From the NCBI GenBank assembly GCA_013239625.1, contig MU053881.1:2170001-2234000 (forward strand): a DNA stretch of 64,000 nucleotides, given 5' to 3'. Positions within the stretch are counted from its first letter, which is position 1; each line of letters starts with the position of its first letter. This document shows positions 12,755-25,699 of this stretch, piece by piece. The notes below the pieces were generated by a model that searched no databases, had not been told where the DNA came from, and worked only from the letters and a program-made list of their open reading frames with translations. The position numbers and the translations under genes are program-made. The DNA comes from Lama guanicoe (lineage: Eukaryota).

Positions 12755-14520
12755 ATCTCATGCTCTTGGATTGGAAGAATTAATGTTGTTAAAATGGTCA
12801 TACTAACCAAAGCAATCTACAGATTTAATGAGATCCCTATCAAATTACCTAGGACATTTTTCACAGAACTAGAACAAATTATCCTAAAATTTATACAGAA
12901 TCACAAAAGACCCAGAATTGCCAAAACAATACTGAAGAAAAAGAACGAAGCTGGAGAAATAACCTTCCCAGACTTCAGACAACACTACAGAGCTACAGTA
13001 ATCAAAACAGCAGGGTATTGGCACAAAAACAGACATACGGATCAATGAAACGGAACAGAGAGCCCAGAAATAAAGCCACACATCTACAGTCAATTAACCT
13101 TCAACAAAGGAGGCAAGTATATACAATGGAGAAAAGACAGCCTCTTCGGCAAGTGGTGCTGGGAAAGCTGGACAGTCACATGTAAATTAATGAAGTTAGA
13201 ACACTCTCTCACACCATACACAAAAATAAACTCAAAATGGCTTGAAGACGCAAACATGAGACAAGACACTGTAAACTTCCAAGAAGAAAACATAGGTAAA
13301 ACATTCTCTGACATAAACCATAGCAATGTTTCTCCTAGGGCAGTCTACCAAAGCAAAATTAAACAAATGGGACCTATTAAAGTTGTAAGCTTTTGCATAG
13401 CAAAAGCAACTATAAACAAAATGAAAGAGCCTATGGACTGCGAGAAATTATCTGCAAATGATGTGACTAACAAGGGCTTAATTTCTAAAACATACAAACA
13501 GCTCATAAAACTCAGTAACAACAACAACAAAATCAAACCCAATCAAAAAGTGGGCAGAGGGGAGGGTATAGCTCAAGTGGTAGAGCGCTTGCCTAGCACG
13601 CATGAGGTCCTGGGTTCAATCCCCAGGATCTCCTCTGAAAATAAATAAACAAATCTAACTACTGAACCCTGCAGAAAAAAAAAAATGGGCAGAAGACCTA
13701 AACAAACACTTCTCCAATGAAGACATACAAATGGCCAACAGGCACATGAAAAAATGCTCAATAGCACTAATTATCAGAGAAATGTGAATCAAAACTACAA
13801 TGAGTTATCACCTCACATCAGTCAGAATAGACATCATTAAAAAGTCCAGATGTGGAGAAAAGAGTGGGAATATAGTTTGGTGCAGCCATTACGGAAAACA
13901 GTATGAAGATTCCTTAAAAAGCTAAAAATAGACTTACCATATGATCCAGCAGTCCCCCTCCTGGGCATACATCCAGAAAAGACAGAAACTCTAATTTGAA
14001 AAGATACATGCACCCTCATGTTCACAGCAACACCATTTATAATAGCAAAGACATGGAAGCAACCCAAATGTTCATCGACAGATAACTGGATAAAGAAGAT
14101 GTAGTGTATATGTATACACACATACACAGAGAATTAAATACTTCTCAACCATAAAAAATAGTAAAATAATGCCATTTGAAGCAACATGGATGAACCTGGA
14201 GATTGTCATATGAAGTGAAGCCAGAAAGAAAAAAAAAATACTCTGCATAAAACAGAGACAGACTCACACAGAGAACAAACTTATGTTACCAGGGGGAAAG
14301 AGAGGGAGGATAAATTGGGAGTTCAGGATTTGCAGATACTACTATACATAAAATAGATAAATAAGGTCCTACTGTATAGCACAGGGAACTATATTCAATA
14401 TCTTGTAATAGCTTATAATGAAAAAGAATACGTACATATATAACTGAATCACTATGTTGTACATCAGAAATTAACCCAACATTGTAAACCAACTATAAAA
14501 AAAGAATGTTTTCAAAAAAA
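12755..14520 (+). mobile_element. 5'-truncated L1 (ORF2 C-terminal region, 3'UTR, A-tail)
   Basis: ORF-track peptides [22 protein letters not shown] and LTPYTKINSKW are L1 ORF2. Confidence 0.9.
13559..13680 (+). mobile_element. Vic-1-like SINE inside L1
   Basis: ggggagggtatagctcaagtggtagagcgcttgcctagcacgcatgaggtcctgggttcaatcccc; TSD aaaa(g)tgggcaga. Confidence 0.85.
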
Positions 14521-15048
14521 GGATATTAAAGATACTATAAAAATTATTACCAGCATGGTACTAGATATTAAAACAAAATCCCTATTAAGTCAGTAAGACT
14601 ACAGCAGATAGGATTTGTTGAAATTTTTACAGATACGTAAAGCTGGCTTGTCAGACAGACAGAAACACAACAAGCTTTGAATCGATAAATTACTTGAGAA
14701 CACAGATTAGGCTATATGAAAAATCAAACTTCAGTTGTACAACTATAGAAAATCATTAACTAAAATGAAAAACAGATTGAGAAGAAATATTTATGTCCAA
14801 TAAGACAAAAGGATAATAGCTGTAAAGCATTACAATCCAGATAGGTTAAGTCAGCAATAGATACAGACACAAAGGCCACAGGAAAACTACAAACAGTAGA
14901 CAAAGAAATCTCTTCAATAAAGTTGTATTAATTAAATCTTGTGGCAGCACCATGCACCTTTAAGAAAAAACTTAAAGGCCACTCTCCCTTCTGACTGAGA
15001 CAGCCTGCACTTCATGGAGTATGTATCTCTCTGAATAAATCTACCTTT

Positions 15049-15195
15049 GTGCTGTTCTTTTTTATTTGGCTGGTTTTTTGGTAGGGGAGGGTAATTAGGT
15101 TTATTTATTTATTTTTTGATGGAGGTACTGGGGATTGAACCCACGACCTCATGCATGCTAGGCATGTACTCTACCACTGAGCTATAGCCTCCCCC
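15049..15195 (-). mobile_element. Vic-1-like SINE
   Basis: TSD TGAATAAATCTAC(C/T)TTT at 15032-15048 and 15196-15212. Confidence 0.88.
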
Positions 15196-15731
15196 TGAAT
15201 AAATCTACTTTTATTCAAAAAACAAAAAAAGAAAAAAGAAAAAACTTAAAACATCAATGCTATTAAAGCTGGCTTGCTATCAAAGTAAGGAAAATGCTAG
15301 ACTCACACACTATTTAGAACTGTGTAAAATGGTACAGTCCTTTTGGAAAGCCATACAGATTCCTGAGGTACAAAAAGTTTAACCCATTGCCCCGATAATT
15401 CCACTATCAGCAGTTTATCCTTAGGAAATAATTCCACAGACATTACTATGAAATTAATAAGGAACCTATCAAGACTCTACTTGTAACTGTAATATCTACT
15501 CCACCAAACTAATTTCAATGGTTTAATTACCTGCAGTATAACACTTCTGCCCAAAAACTCTACTACGTTAAAAAAGCACTTTAAATGTAGAAATGTATTA
15601 TTACCTCTCAACAACTGCTCTGCAATTCTTACAGATCATGGTATGGTGGCTGTTCTCTGATATGCTACTTATAGAAATAGATTCAATACATTGTCAACTA
15701 AACCAGCTGCAATGTTAAGAAAAATGCCTTT

Positions 15732-15893
15732 AGCACAGGGAACTATATTCAATATCTTGTAGTAACTTATGGTGAAAAAGAATATGAAAACAAATATATG
15801 TATGTTCCTATATGACTGAAGCCTTGTGCTGTACACCAGAAATTAACACAACATTGTAAACTGACTATACTACAAAAAAAATATTAAAAAAAG
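15732..15893 (+). mobile_element. Short L1 3' end insertion with TSD
   Basis: agcacagggaactatattcaatatcttg...A-tail; TSD GAAAAATGCCTTT at 15719-15731 and 15894-15906. Confidence 0.85.
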
Positions 15894-16459
15894 GAAAAAT
15901 GCCTTTGGATACAAAATTCCAATGGCAATTAGCATGACAACAATGTCTATTATTTTTACTGGGTACAGATATAACTTGCACGCTGCCTACTTTCTACCAG
16001 GGATCCCCAACAGCTCCAATTACCACATCAAGAGAAATTAGAGATGACAAGGGGAATATACCTTCATCATTTACAAAGAAGGACTACCTTCAGATGCTTC
16101 CTGGTGTACGAGGGGATATCAAATAACCAGTAATTACTTTTAATTTAATCTAATGCATAAATATGATTGTTCATCCTCCAAAATGGATTTTGTCCTTCCA
16201 GCAATCTTTAACACAGTAGTATGGTATTTTATGTTAAGGTCACTGGAGATGTAAAAAGAACTTTAAAGGCCTTAACAAAGTAATTTCACCTAACAGCAGC
16301 AACAAGCACTAATATCTGTTCCAATTTATTAAGGGGAAACCACAAATGTATTATGATTGTATTGGTTCTCTAATAAATTATCTAAAAGTAGAAGCAATAC
16401 ATAAAATTGTGTTTTGTGTACAGACATTATGAAGAATGGAGATTAAAAAAGTGTTGATT

Positions 16460-17635
16460 ATCTAGGATAAAGAACTCTCAAAACTCAGCAGTTAAAAAAA
16501 AAAATCAAACAATCCAATTAGAAAACAGGCAAAAGACATGAATATCTTTCACCAAGAGGATATACAGATGGCAAATAATCACACAAAAAGATGTTCAACA
16601 TCATTAGCTATCAGGAAAATGCAAATTAAAACCATAATGAGATTATCATTACCTAACTATCAAAATGGTTAAAACAAAGAGAGTGACAACATCAAATGAT
16701 GGCAAGGATGAAGAGAAACTGGATCGTTCATACACTACTGGTAAGAATGTAAACAGCAGTCACTCTGGAAATCAGCTTGGCAGTTTCTTGTCAAAGTAAA
16801 CATGCCGTACCATATGATTCAGCAATCGTACTCTTGGGCATTTATCCCAGAGAAATGGAAACTTATGTTCACACAAAACCTGTATGAATGTTCACAGCAC
16901 TTTTACTTCCAATAGCCAAAAGCTAGAACAAACCCAGATGTCCTTCTACAGGTGAATGGTTAAACAAACCGAGGTACATACATATCACGAAATACTACTT
17001 AGTAATAAAAATGAATTATTAATATACACATTAACTTGGATGAATCTCCAAGGAACTACACTAAGTGAAAAAACTCAATCCCAAAAGGCTATATACCATA
17101 TGGTTTCATTTACAAACATTTTTGAAATGACAAATTTTAGAAACAAAGGATAGATTAGTAGTTGGCCAAGGCTGGAGGAGTAGCTGCCCAGAAAATGAGC
17201 GTAGTGTAAAAGGGCCACAGGAGAGATACTTGCAGCATCGAAACTGTTCAACATCTTGACTGTGGTGGTGCATATACAAACACAGGTGACAAAAAGGTAA
17301 AGAATTAAATACAGTACACACACAAATAAGTACAAGTAAAGCTGGGGATATACGTATGGAATACATCCTTATAGAAATACAGAAGTTTCTCTTGAAAAAA
17401 AAAAATGAAGAAAACTGGGGACACCTGAATAAGATTGGTGGATTACATCAATATCCTGGCTGTGACAGCAGTTTTTGCAAAGCATTACTACCATTGCAAA
17501 AGCAGGCAAAACACACATGGGGTTACCTCCCACCACACACAAAAAAAAGTTTAAAGAAAAAAATACATGAAATTTCTTTGTACTGTTTCTTACAACTAAC
17601 TGCACATGAATTTACATTTATTTCAGTAATAAAAA
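16460..17635 (+). mobile_element. Old L1 ORF2 end and 3'UTR
   Basis: aatgcaaattaaaaccataatgaga; catttatcccagagaaatggaaacttatgttcacac. Confidence 0.75.
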
Positions 17636-19377
17636 AATGGAGATCTACCTACATATTCAAACGAACAGATGTCCTTAACGTATTAACCAAAGTGTTTAAT
17701 AATATGTATATTAGGCCACCTGTGTTACCAAAAGATTAAAAAAAGGTTATCTAGACACAAAGAAAATTCTAATAAAATATTGAGTGAAAATGCGGGAGCA
17801 TATGACGGGTAATAAAAATAAAGTTCTTTAATGTTTCACTTTTGACTTTTCTTTTACCATAAATATTTATTATTTTTCTAACTGAAGATTCATAGCAATT
17901 TGTCAAGAGGCTACATTTTGAGGTCATTAAAAAAGTTTCAGAAATGATTGTTCAATGAAAATCAAACCTACTACCAGAAAAGAGGTGAGGTCTCCTTTCA
18001 GTGGGCTCCCCTGAGAACCAGGGCAATGGAAATGAAACATTTATATCCATGACAAAGGACAACCAGGAAAAAGTAACAATGTAATAAAGATACACTACTT
18101 AATAGCTGGGGTACAGAAAGACAGAGCCTATGGTCCCAATTAAATTCTCTTGATTACTAAAATAAAAATGGATCAACTTCTTCTGATTATTAGACAAAAA
18201 TAGAAACTGTCCAAAGTAGTTAATGCCCTTATTGTACCAATTAAGCAAGAAAAGTTTCGAAGAATAGAGGAAAAGGCAAAAATGCAAAGATATGTTTCCC
18301 AAAATTCATGACTCTTCCAAATGTGCATTTGCTTCTTGGCGTGTAAGAATAGGCATCATTTACTGAGCACGTGCTTTCAAACTAGCACTGTGCTAGCTGC
18401 TTCATATAAATTATCTTGTTGCATCCTCTCAACCGTGCAAGGTTGCACAGTGTTAGCCCCATTTAGAGATGAGGAACTGGGCCCGGAGAGATTAAAGAGA
18501 CTTCTACTAAACAGGTAGCCCAGTCAGTACACACAAGAGATCTGACCAACTATTATGATTTAATATCCTAAATTAAGAGATTAAACATGAGAATGGAGAG
18601 AAGAATAAATGCTTGAGATATATAGGGAGCATGAATTCAAAGCCCTTAGAAACTGAATGCACGAGGATGAGGTCCTATCAAAGAAGACACTGTATTTGGG
18701 TTTTGTTTGTTAGGCAAATGGGGAGAAGAGTTAGGCACTGAAGGTAAAGCTTTAACTAGAAACCTAGTATTTCTCATTTTGGAGGCCAGAGGTAATTTGT
18801 AGAAGACAGACTGAGAGAAAAACTATAAGAAGACCTCATAGGAGAATGGAAATGAAGAAATAAGAGACTGGAGAAATCTGTATAATTTAGAAATAGCATA
18901 AAAAGTCAATTCTACAGCATGGAATACAAGGCCTATATTTACACTTTATGTCCTGACAACCCCCCTCCCTCCTCTGAGATTCCTATCAAAGAATTTCTTG
19001 CCACCTGCACATGCTATTCCATCTTACTGGCACGTTTGCGCTGAAATTATAACCTGTGAACCTCTCAGATTACTCCAGGTATGCCTTCCTCCACAATCCC
19101 ACTGTACTGCTTTATGACACCTACCAGACCATGTGGTATTTTGTATTATCATTGTTTACACTTATCTTCTCCATACAGTAAAGTTTCTTAAAAGCACAGA
19201 CTATGCCTTTCCTTTTTATACTAGCAGTGCCTGGCACAGAGGCAGCATTCAAATGCACCTTGATCATATAAACGAGTAAGTGACTCCAAGGTTTCCAGCC
19301 TTGAGAAGAACAGGAGGATGATGCCATCATTAAGACAGAAGGAAAAGCATGTTTGGCAATAAAAGAGGTAAGGTCAA

Positions 19378-19545
19378 ACAACAAGTTTACTATAGAGCAC
19401 AGGGAACTATATTCAATATCTTATAGTAACCTACAATGGAAAAGAATATGAAAACAAACATATGTATGTATCATATGAAACACTGTGCTGTACACCGGAA
19501 ATTGATACATTGTAAACTGACTATACTTCAATTAAAAAAATTTTT
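19378..19545 (+). mobile_element. Short L1 3' end insertion
   Basis: Same 3'UTR family as 15732 and 14370 (agcacagggaactatattcaatatc...tatacttcaattaaaaaaa). Confidence 0.75.
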
Positions 19546-22500
19546 TTAAAGACAGGGTCAAAAGTGAATAGATACAGGTGGAAGAGGAACTTGGCTGGCA
19601 ATTTGAGTTTCCTGCTCTGAAGCTCACAAGTCAGGCCAAGGAAGTTTTCACATAGCAGAGCCGCAGTTAAGTGAATCAATGCAAGCAGATGAGACTGCAG
19701 AGAATGAAGGAAAGAGAGAAGAGAGTATTCTTTTCCTACCAGGACTGTTAAAAGCAGTGGTGGCCGAAACACTGTACATCTGGTAGGATAGGTATGGAGT
19801 GGGTCACTTGTGACTTATGGAAAGAGCAGTTTCAGGTGAGTGGAAAAGCCAATTGAAAAGAGCTTTAAAAGAAGAAAAAGGGAGTTAACTCTTGCTTGAA
19901 ATTCACCAGTACAAAGGAAAGATAACTGGACAGGTTATAGAATAGAGGAAGATTCTTTTTTGGGGGGGGCTAGGGTATTTATTCATTCATTCATTTATTT
20001 ACTTATTTATTTATTTTAATGGCAGTACTGCAGAATGATAGAGAAAGATTCTTTTAGAGTAGGAAGTCATTCTGTTTTTAAGCAGTTACATTAGTGATGC
20101 AGTGGAGGTTGAGAATAAAGATCCCAGAGGGAAAGAGGAAGGAGTAATGAATAAAACCAGGTCCTCCAGCAAGGACAAAGTCAGATAAAGAGCAGAAACT
20201 GAGAAGTGTGGAGACAGGAAAGGAGGGAGCAGAGAACTGCCCAGATGAGGAGGAGGGAAGAGAGAACTCCTGAGGAATCATTTCTGTCTCAAGCACCAAC
20301 ACGACAAGTTCTGGACATCATCTGCACTCATCTCTCTCCTTCATTCCTCAAACTCTAAAAGGGCTGCCAATTTTCCTCCTCTGAAATAATCTTTCAGATT
20401 TACCCCTTTTCTTTCTACCACTGACTCTGTTCGGTTCTAAGTCTTAATTACTATTTCAACAGATTCCTACAGCCTAACATTGCCTCTACTCTCCCCCAGC
20501 CAAAGTTTTCCAAAGACAGATTTCATCATATCACTTCTCAGCTAAAATTCCTCAGTGGCTCCCAGTTCCTATCACATCAACACCAAATGCCATAGTCTGG
20601 ATTTCTAGGCCCTATTACCTGAGGACACATATCCTACCCAGCAAGTACCTTCTGAAAATACTATGTTCATTTAATTCTCTTTATCCAAGGTACCCTTTTA
20701 AATCTAACCAAACCCAACCCAGTCAAGACCAAATGAAGTCCCACTTCTTCCTTGAAGCCTTGACCACTATAGGTTTCATTCATCTCTTCACTCAACTCGT
20801 TAACCATTTAAATATCCATAGCAGAGAATTAGAAATAGTCTGTGAGTATTTTCTAAATCTTCAGGATTGTACAATTGGGCTAGGGAAGGGTTAAATTTTC
20901 CTAACGCCAAGATATCTATTTTTAAATGGCAAAAAAAACAGTCTCTATTGAAACATCCATCCAATGGACAATACAGTGTCCGTCTCCACCTTATGAAGCA
21001 CTAACTAGTATTACAATGCAAATCAATTACAAGATAAAACCTGCAAACAAATCTGGGGAAAAAATGCTGTGTTTCTTAAACTCAGCGTAGTTAATAAAGA
21101 ACCACTCCAACCACTCCAATTTCAGGCAAGGAAAAGACGATCCAGGTCAACCAATAAACAAGTGACAACTAACAAGGGTAACAGGACAGGAGCTTCAAAG
21201 AGTGATGTGATGAACATCAAAGGATTAAGAAGCGTTAGTGAGTGACACAGTGGAGGGAGGGTAAAACAAGACTGGCAAAATATCAGTAATTCTTAAAGCT
21301 AGGTGAGGAGTACAAGGAATTTCTATTTTCTCTTCTTTGGTATACACTTGAAATTGTCCATAGTGGGTATTTTTTAAAAGAGAACCTTAATAAAACTGAT
21401 TAAGTTCTTAAATTTTTACAAAACTATTCTACTTGGGACTGACGATGGGAAAATGAGTCAAAACAAAGTACATCATCTCCCTACTGTACAATTCTGCTGC
21501 ACAAAGTTTTTAAAAATTGATTTGATTCTTGCCTTGTAACAGATAGTTGCCATCATAATCAAAATTTTGATAAAGGTTTAAAACATGTTCGTAACTCTTA
21601 TTTTTACTTTTCAATACAGAATCCTAAATAAACCTTTTTCTCCCTATTTACTTATGAAATTTTAGTCCCCTTTTTAGTTACCTTCTTTAGATAAAAAGGA
21701 TCACCGGCATAACATGTACGTCAAACCATCCCAGAGGCTGGCTACATCCCAAGAACTTCGAGGATTCCCAAATTCATGAATACCGCCACAGCATAAATTA
21801 TTTCTATTTACACTTATCTCCATAAAAATATCTAAGTGAGGAAGAGTAGAAAACAAACAACAGCTGCCAATCAGCCTAGTGAGAAACCCAGGAGTTACTT
21901 TAGGCCCAGGCAAGTGTCGGAGACCTTCAAAAGTCACTAAAGAAATCCAGCAGTACTCACGTGATTCTGTGGTTTCAAGGGTTTCAGTCTTGTCTCCCAA
22001 CAATCTCAAGCACCTTTAAGGTTGATCTCTGTCTACTCTACATCTGTTTTTACTACTAGGCCATGAAAACCCAATGAGACAATACAGACCAAAGCACTTA
22101 ATAAACTGTAAGTTATTGCCGGTTTTACTTGGAGCTCTGGGGACCAACATTCCTTGAAGATTTTATCAAGCACTTACAATGTACAAAGCACTGTATATGC
22201 ACGTTGGCAGAAATTAAACATTACCAACCCTGTTAAACATAAAAGCACCAGGTCAGGATTTCTAACTATAATGACAACCATTTCTGTATGCAGAGAAAAT
22301 AATAGGAGAGCACATGACGGTAAACCGAAGAGGCTGCTCGTTTATGACAGGAGGCAAACAGACTGCTGAGAGCTAGAAGTACAAGACGACCAGCAGTATG
22401 ATGTCAAATTATGCGTCCTTCTCTAATTCCAGACAGGGGGCTTGAAACTCTTAATAATTACTCTCACTCTCCCCAAGAGAATCTTATTCTATCACAATAT

Positions 22501-24409
22501 TACAGACAGAAAAAAAGGCAAGTAGCATTTGCTAAAGATTTTCTAAAGTTTCTAGCCCTGAGCATAGAATCTAATACAGAGTAAGTGCTCTCTATACCTG
22601 CTGCATCAACGAATCCATTGTGAACAGTCTGAATACATCAATGGTGTGTAACTATATAGAATTATTTTTAATTACACCTTTCCCAAGCTCATTGTTCTGC
22701 TAAATTTGCATTTTGAGATTGACCTCACTTATTTAAATCCTCAGTTAAAAAATATCAAAGGCGAAAATCAAAGCAATAGATTTCATCCACAAGGAAAGGT
22801 TTAAAAGAATAAAAGTACTTGTTTTAAGCTCTAGGCTTTAAGCAATTTAAATTTGCTGCCTGAAAAAAAATTTTCTACATTTATACAAGTTTGTTAACTC
22901 CCATTTCAGATGCGTAACATACTTTCCAAAGGCTCCAGTATTTTCAGTATTTTTGATTGTTTTTAACAGAAACCAATTCTCCACTGACATCTCTTTGGTA
23001 AGAACCAGTCAGATTTATATTTAGATGTCTGTACTCTTGAGAAACATCTATCTCCACCATCAGATCTAAGCTTTTATGTCAATACGAAGACAAAACTACA
23101 TATGTGTAAAGTAAATTTCAATGTGAATGCAAGAAGAATTTGTCTGAGCTGCCAATAGGTTACCAGCCCAGCCTATCCATCCTAAAAAATACTGAGGATA
23201 ATGCAGACTCAAGATAACTACCCAAACAAATTTTTAAAATCTGGAACTGCCAAGCTAAGAAATCAAGGAGTACTAAAGCATATTTAAGATATGAATCAAC
23301 AGAAACAAAAGCGACACACCCACATTCTCACTCTAACTTTAAAGAACAGCACGGCTATGGTAAAATGAATGTTTAATGTGCCCAAAAGGATCACCACACA
23401 TCATAAATTTTTGCTTATTAAATCTTTACATAGTATTTCAGGAACATTTGTTGGGGGAGGAGAGAGGTGCTCTTGGTGACATTACAGGTGACCATGACTA
23501 TGTGTGTGGGCAAAAACAAAATCAGAATCAAATATTTAAAGCTGAAGGGAATCTTTTAACAATCAAGTCAGTTCAGATTTTAAAAGTGATTAAACTGAGG
23601 CTACGAGAAGTCAACTGGTCATTTACCTAACTAGGAACAGAAAAAATTCTACATAAGATCAAGTTTTTTTTAATTTTATCATTTACCACCCTCTAACAAT
23701 AGTACATAGCACTATCGAGTAACAAATTATCTTTTTTTTCCCATTTCTATACACATAAACACATACCACAAATATATATACACTGCAAAATTTAAAACTA
23801 GAAAAGGTTCAAGTGTCTTCTCTGATGGTGTCAGTTACCTACAACTTAAGAGGCTGTACAACAGGTAGTTCAGAAAAATTAGCCTAATTTAAATTTTGAC
23901 TGATGTCCATGAAGGGCTTCTCATGTTAGCTACTTTGAATGTGTATCCAAAATGCACCTCAACCTGCAGCAAGTCACTCTATCAACTAAAAATATAAGCC
24001 ATGCCTTACGCAGAAACAGGACTCCGGGTAATTAATTGGTTCACCTATACTCATAACACTAGCAAGCCAAAGTCCACTTAAAAAAAAAAAAGCTGAACAA
24101 ATGTATACCTCCATCTTGAAAACTTAAATCTGAACTCAATCAAATGCCCCTAAAAGTTTAACTCTTAGCCAGTCCTCAATGGAGATTTAACCGGGAAAAT
24201 CAGAACTCATACAACAGAGATAAATTTAAAAATCAAAGTAAAACTTCCCCAAAGAGCTTATCAACAACAATAGGCTTTCATCCGTGAACTGACAAGCAAC
24301 CAAAACCCGATTAGTTATAATTGGCTTTTATAGTTTTCATAGTTTCCCTTTACGTTGCCTGTATATATACACTTATGTATATATTTAAGTTGTACCAAAA
24401 ACTGCTTAC

Positions 24410-25330
24410 AAATGGCAATTCCTGTGAAGTAGATGATGATGAAGTTCCAGGTAATTCTAGCATGTTTCCTAATGTACTGGTACTGGAGTCTGGATCATCC
24501 TGAAAAGATAAATTTATTGAGTTTAATTGCTCTTCTATGGTAACGTTTGTATCTCCTAGTGAAAAAGGGGCTGGGAGAAGGGCTGCTTTTTCTTTGCTGC
24601 CGTCCACTTCATTTCTTTGCTTATTTTTCTGTGTTTCAGTTTGAGGAGCTAATGGCAAGAATGGCGATTTGACTGCACCATGTCTACTCCCTGGTGTGCT
24701 GTCTTGTTCATTTCCCATGGCCACGTCTACACCATTCTCTGATTTAGGCTCATAATTGCAGGTGGCATTGGTCTGAGTTTCCTCAAAGATCTCCTCTATA
24801 CTCTCATCCTCTGTGACTGGCTGTTCTGGGTCCATTTCAGAATCTACATCGTCCACACAAGTAAAATTCTCAAAGTGCAGAAAGCCATTCTTGACAGTCT
24901 TTGTTACTTTTACCTGGAGTTCAGGGGAGTTATTACAAGAGGGCTCCTGTTTCATAGCAAGTGCTGTTGGAACACCAGGACTCAAGGAAGTGCAAACAAT
25001 TGGCGACTGAGCTGTTGAATCACTTTTTTCAGGGTCTTGAAAGGATTCTGATCCATCAGCAGACCCATTTAAATACTCTACATTGATCATGGAGGCCAAA
25101 TCCTGTAGTCTCCGCAGTGGAATGTAACAAGATGGAGAATCTTGTCCATAAGCATTTTGGGATGTTCCACTGGCAGTCGATAACTGCATAGTACACCCAT
25201 TAAGTGGCTCAGAAAAATTGGATTGACCATTACCGAAAGGGCTGTCCTTGTCTTCAGGGGCATCTAAATTCACTGGATTGGAAAAGGGCAGCAGACAATT
25301 TCTTCTAGATAGTTCACAGGTCTGATCCAT
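24410..25330 (-). CDS. NSD1: NSD1 histone H3K36 methyltransferase, coding part of exon 2 (codons 1-307); later exons lie left of the window
   Basis: ORF MDQTCELSRRNCLLPFSNPVNLDAPEDKDSPFG...SSSTSQELPF matches the NSD1 N-terminus. Acceptor ttccag|GTTG opens the exon at 25347 (17 nt of 5'UTR); donor TTT|GTAAGC follows 24410. Length 921 nt, 6 nt shorter than the human exon as recalled. Confidence 0.97.
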
Positions 25331-25699
25331 CCTGGGCCAGCATCAACCTGGAATCCAAAAACACGGCAATTAATCTGAGTTAACAGGCCATTTGACTCCT
25401 ATCTTCAAAATGGCAGCCACTTCAAGGCCTAGTGGCCTCGATGCCTTTCTGCTGCACTTCCATGGGCGGAAAAAGTTCCCCAGCTGACGATGGAAAAATG
25501 GCCTCGGTGAGCCTCCGCAAACTCCATCTTCCTGGAGCCGGGCAGATCTTGCCACATGGAAACAGCCCGTCCCTTTTTCCTGCACTGCAGACTGGTGGAC
25601 AGTTGGGCTGGTCTAAAATTAAAATCCCTTTGGCAGTAGAAATTTCCAAATCTCAAACAAGAATCGTCCTTCCCCTCCCCCGCTGGGGGTCCAGCGGCC

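Noticed and set aside
13559..13635. tRNA-like sequences with A and B boxes
   Set aside because: SINE heads with tails and TSDs, not tRNA genes.
24350..24409. ORF tail VSSFWYNLNIYISVYIQAT
   Set aside because: Read-through past the GTAAGC donor into intron 2.
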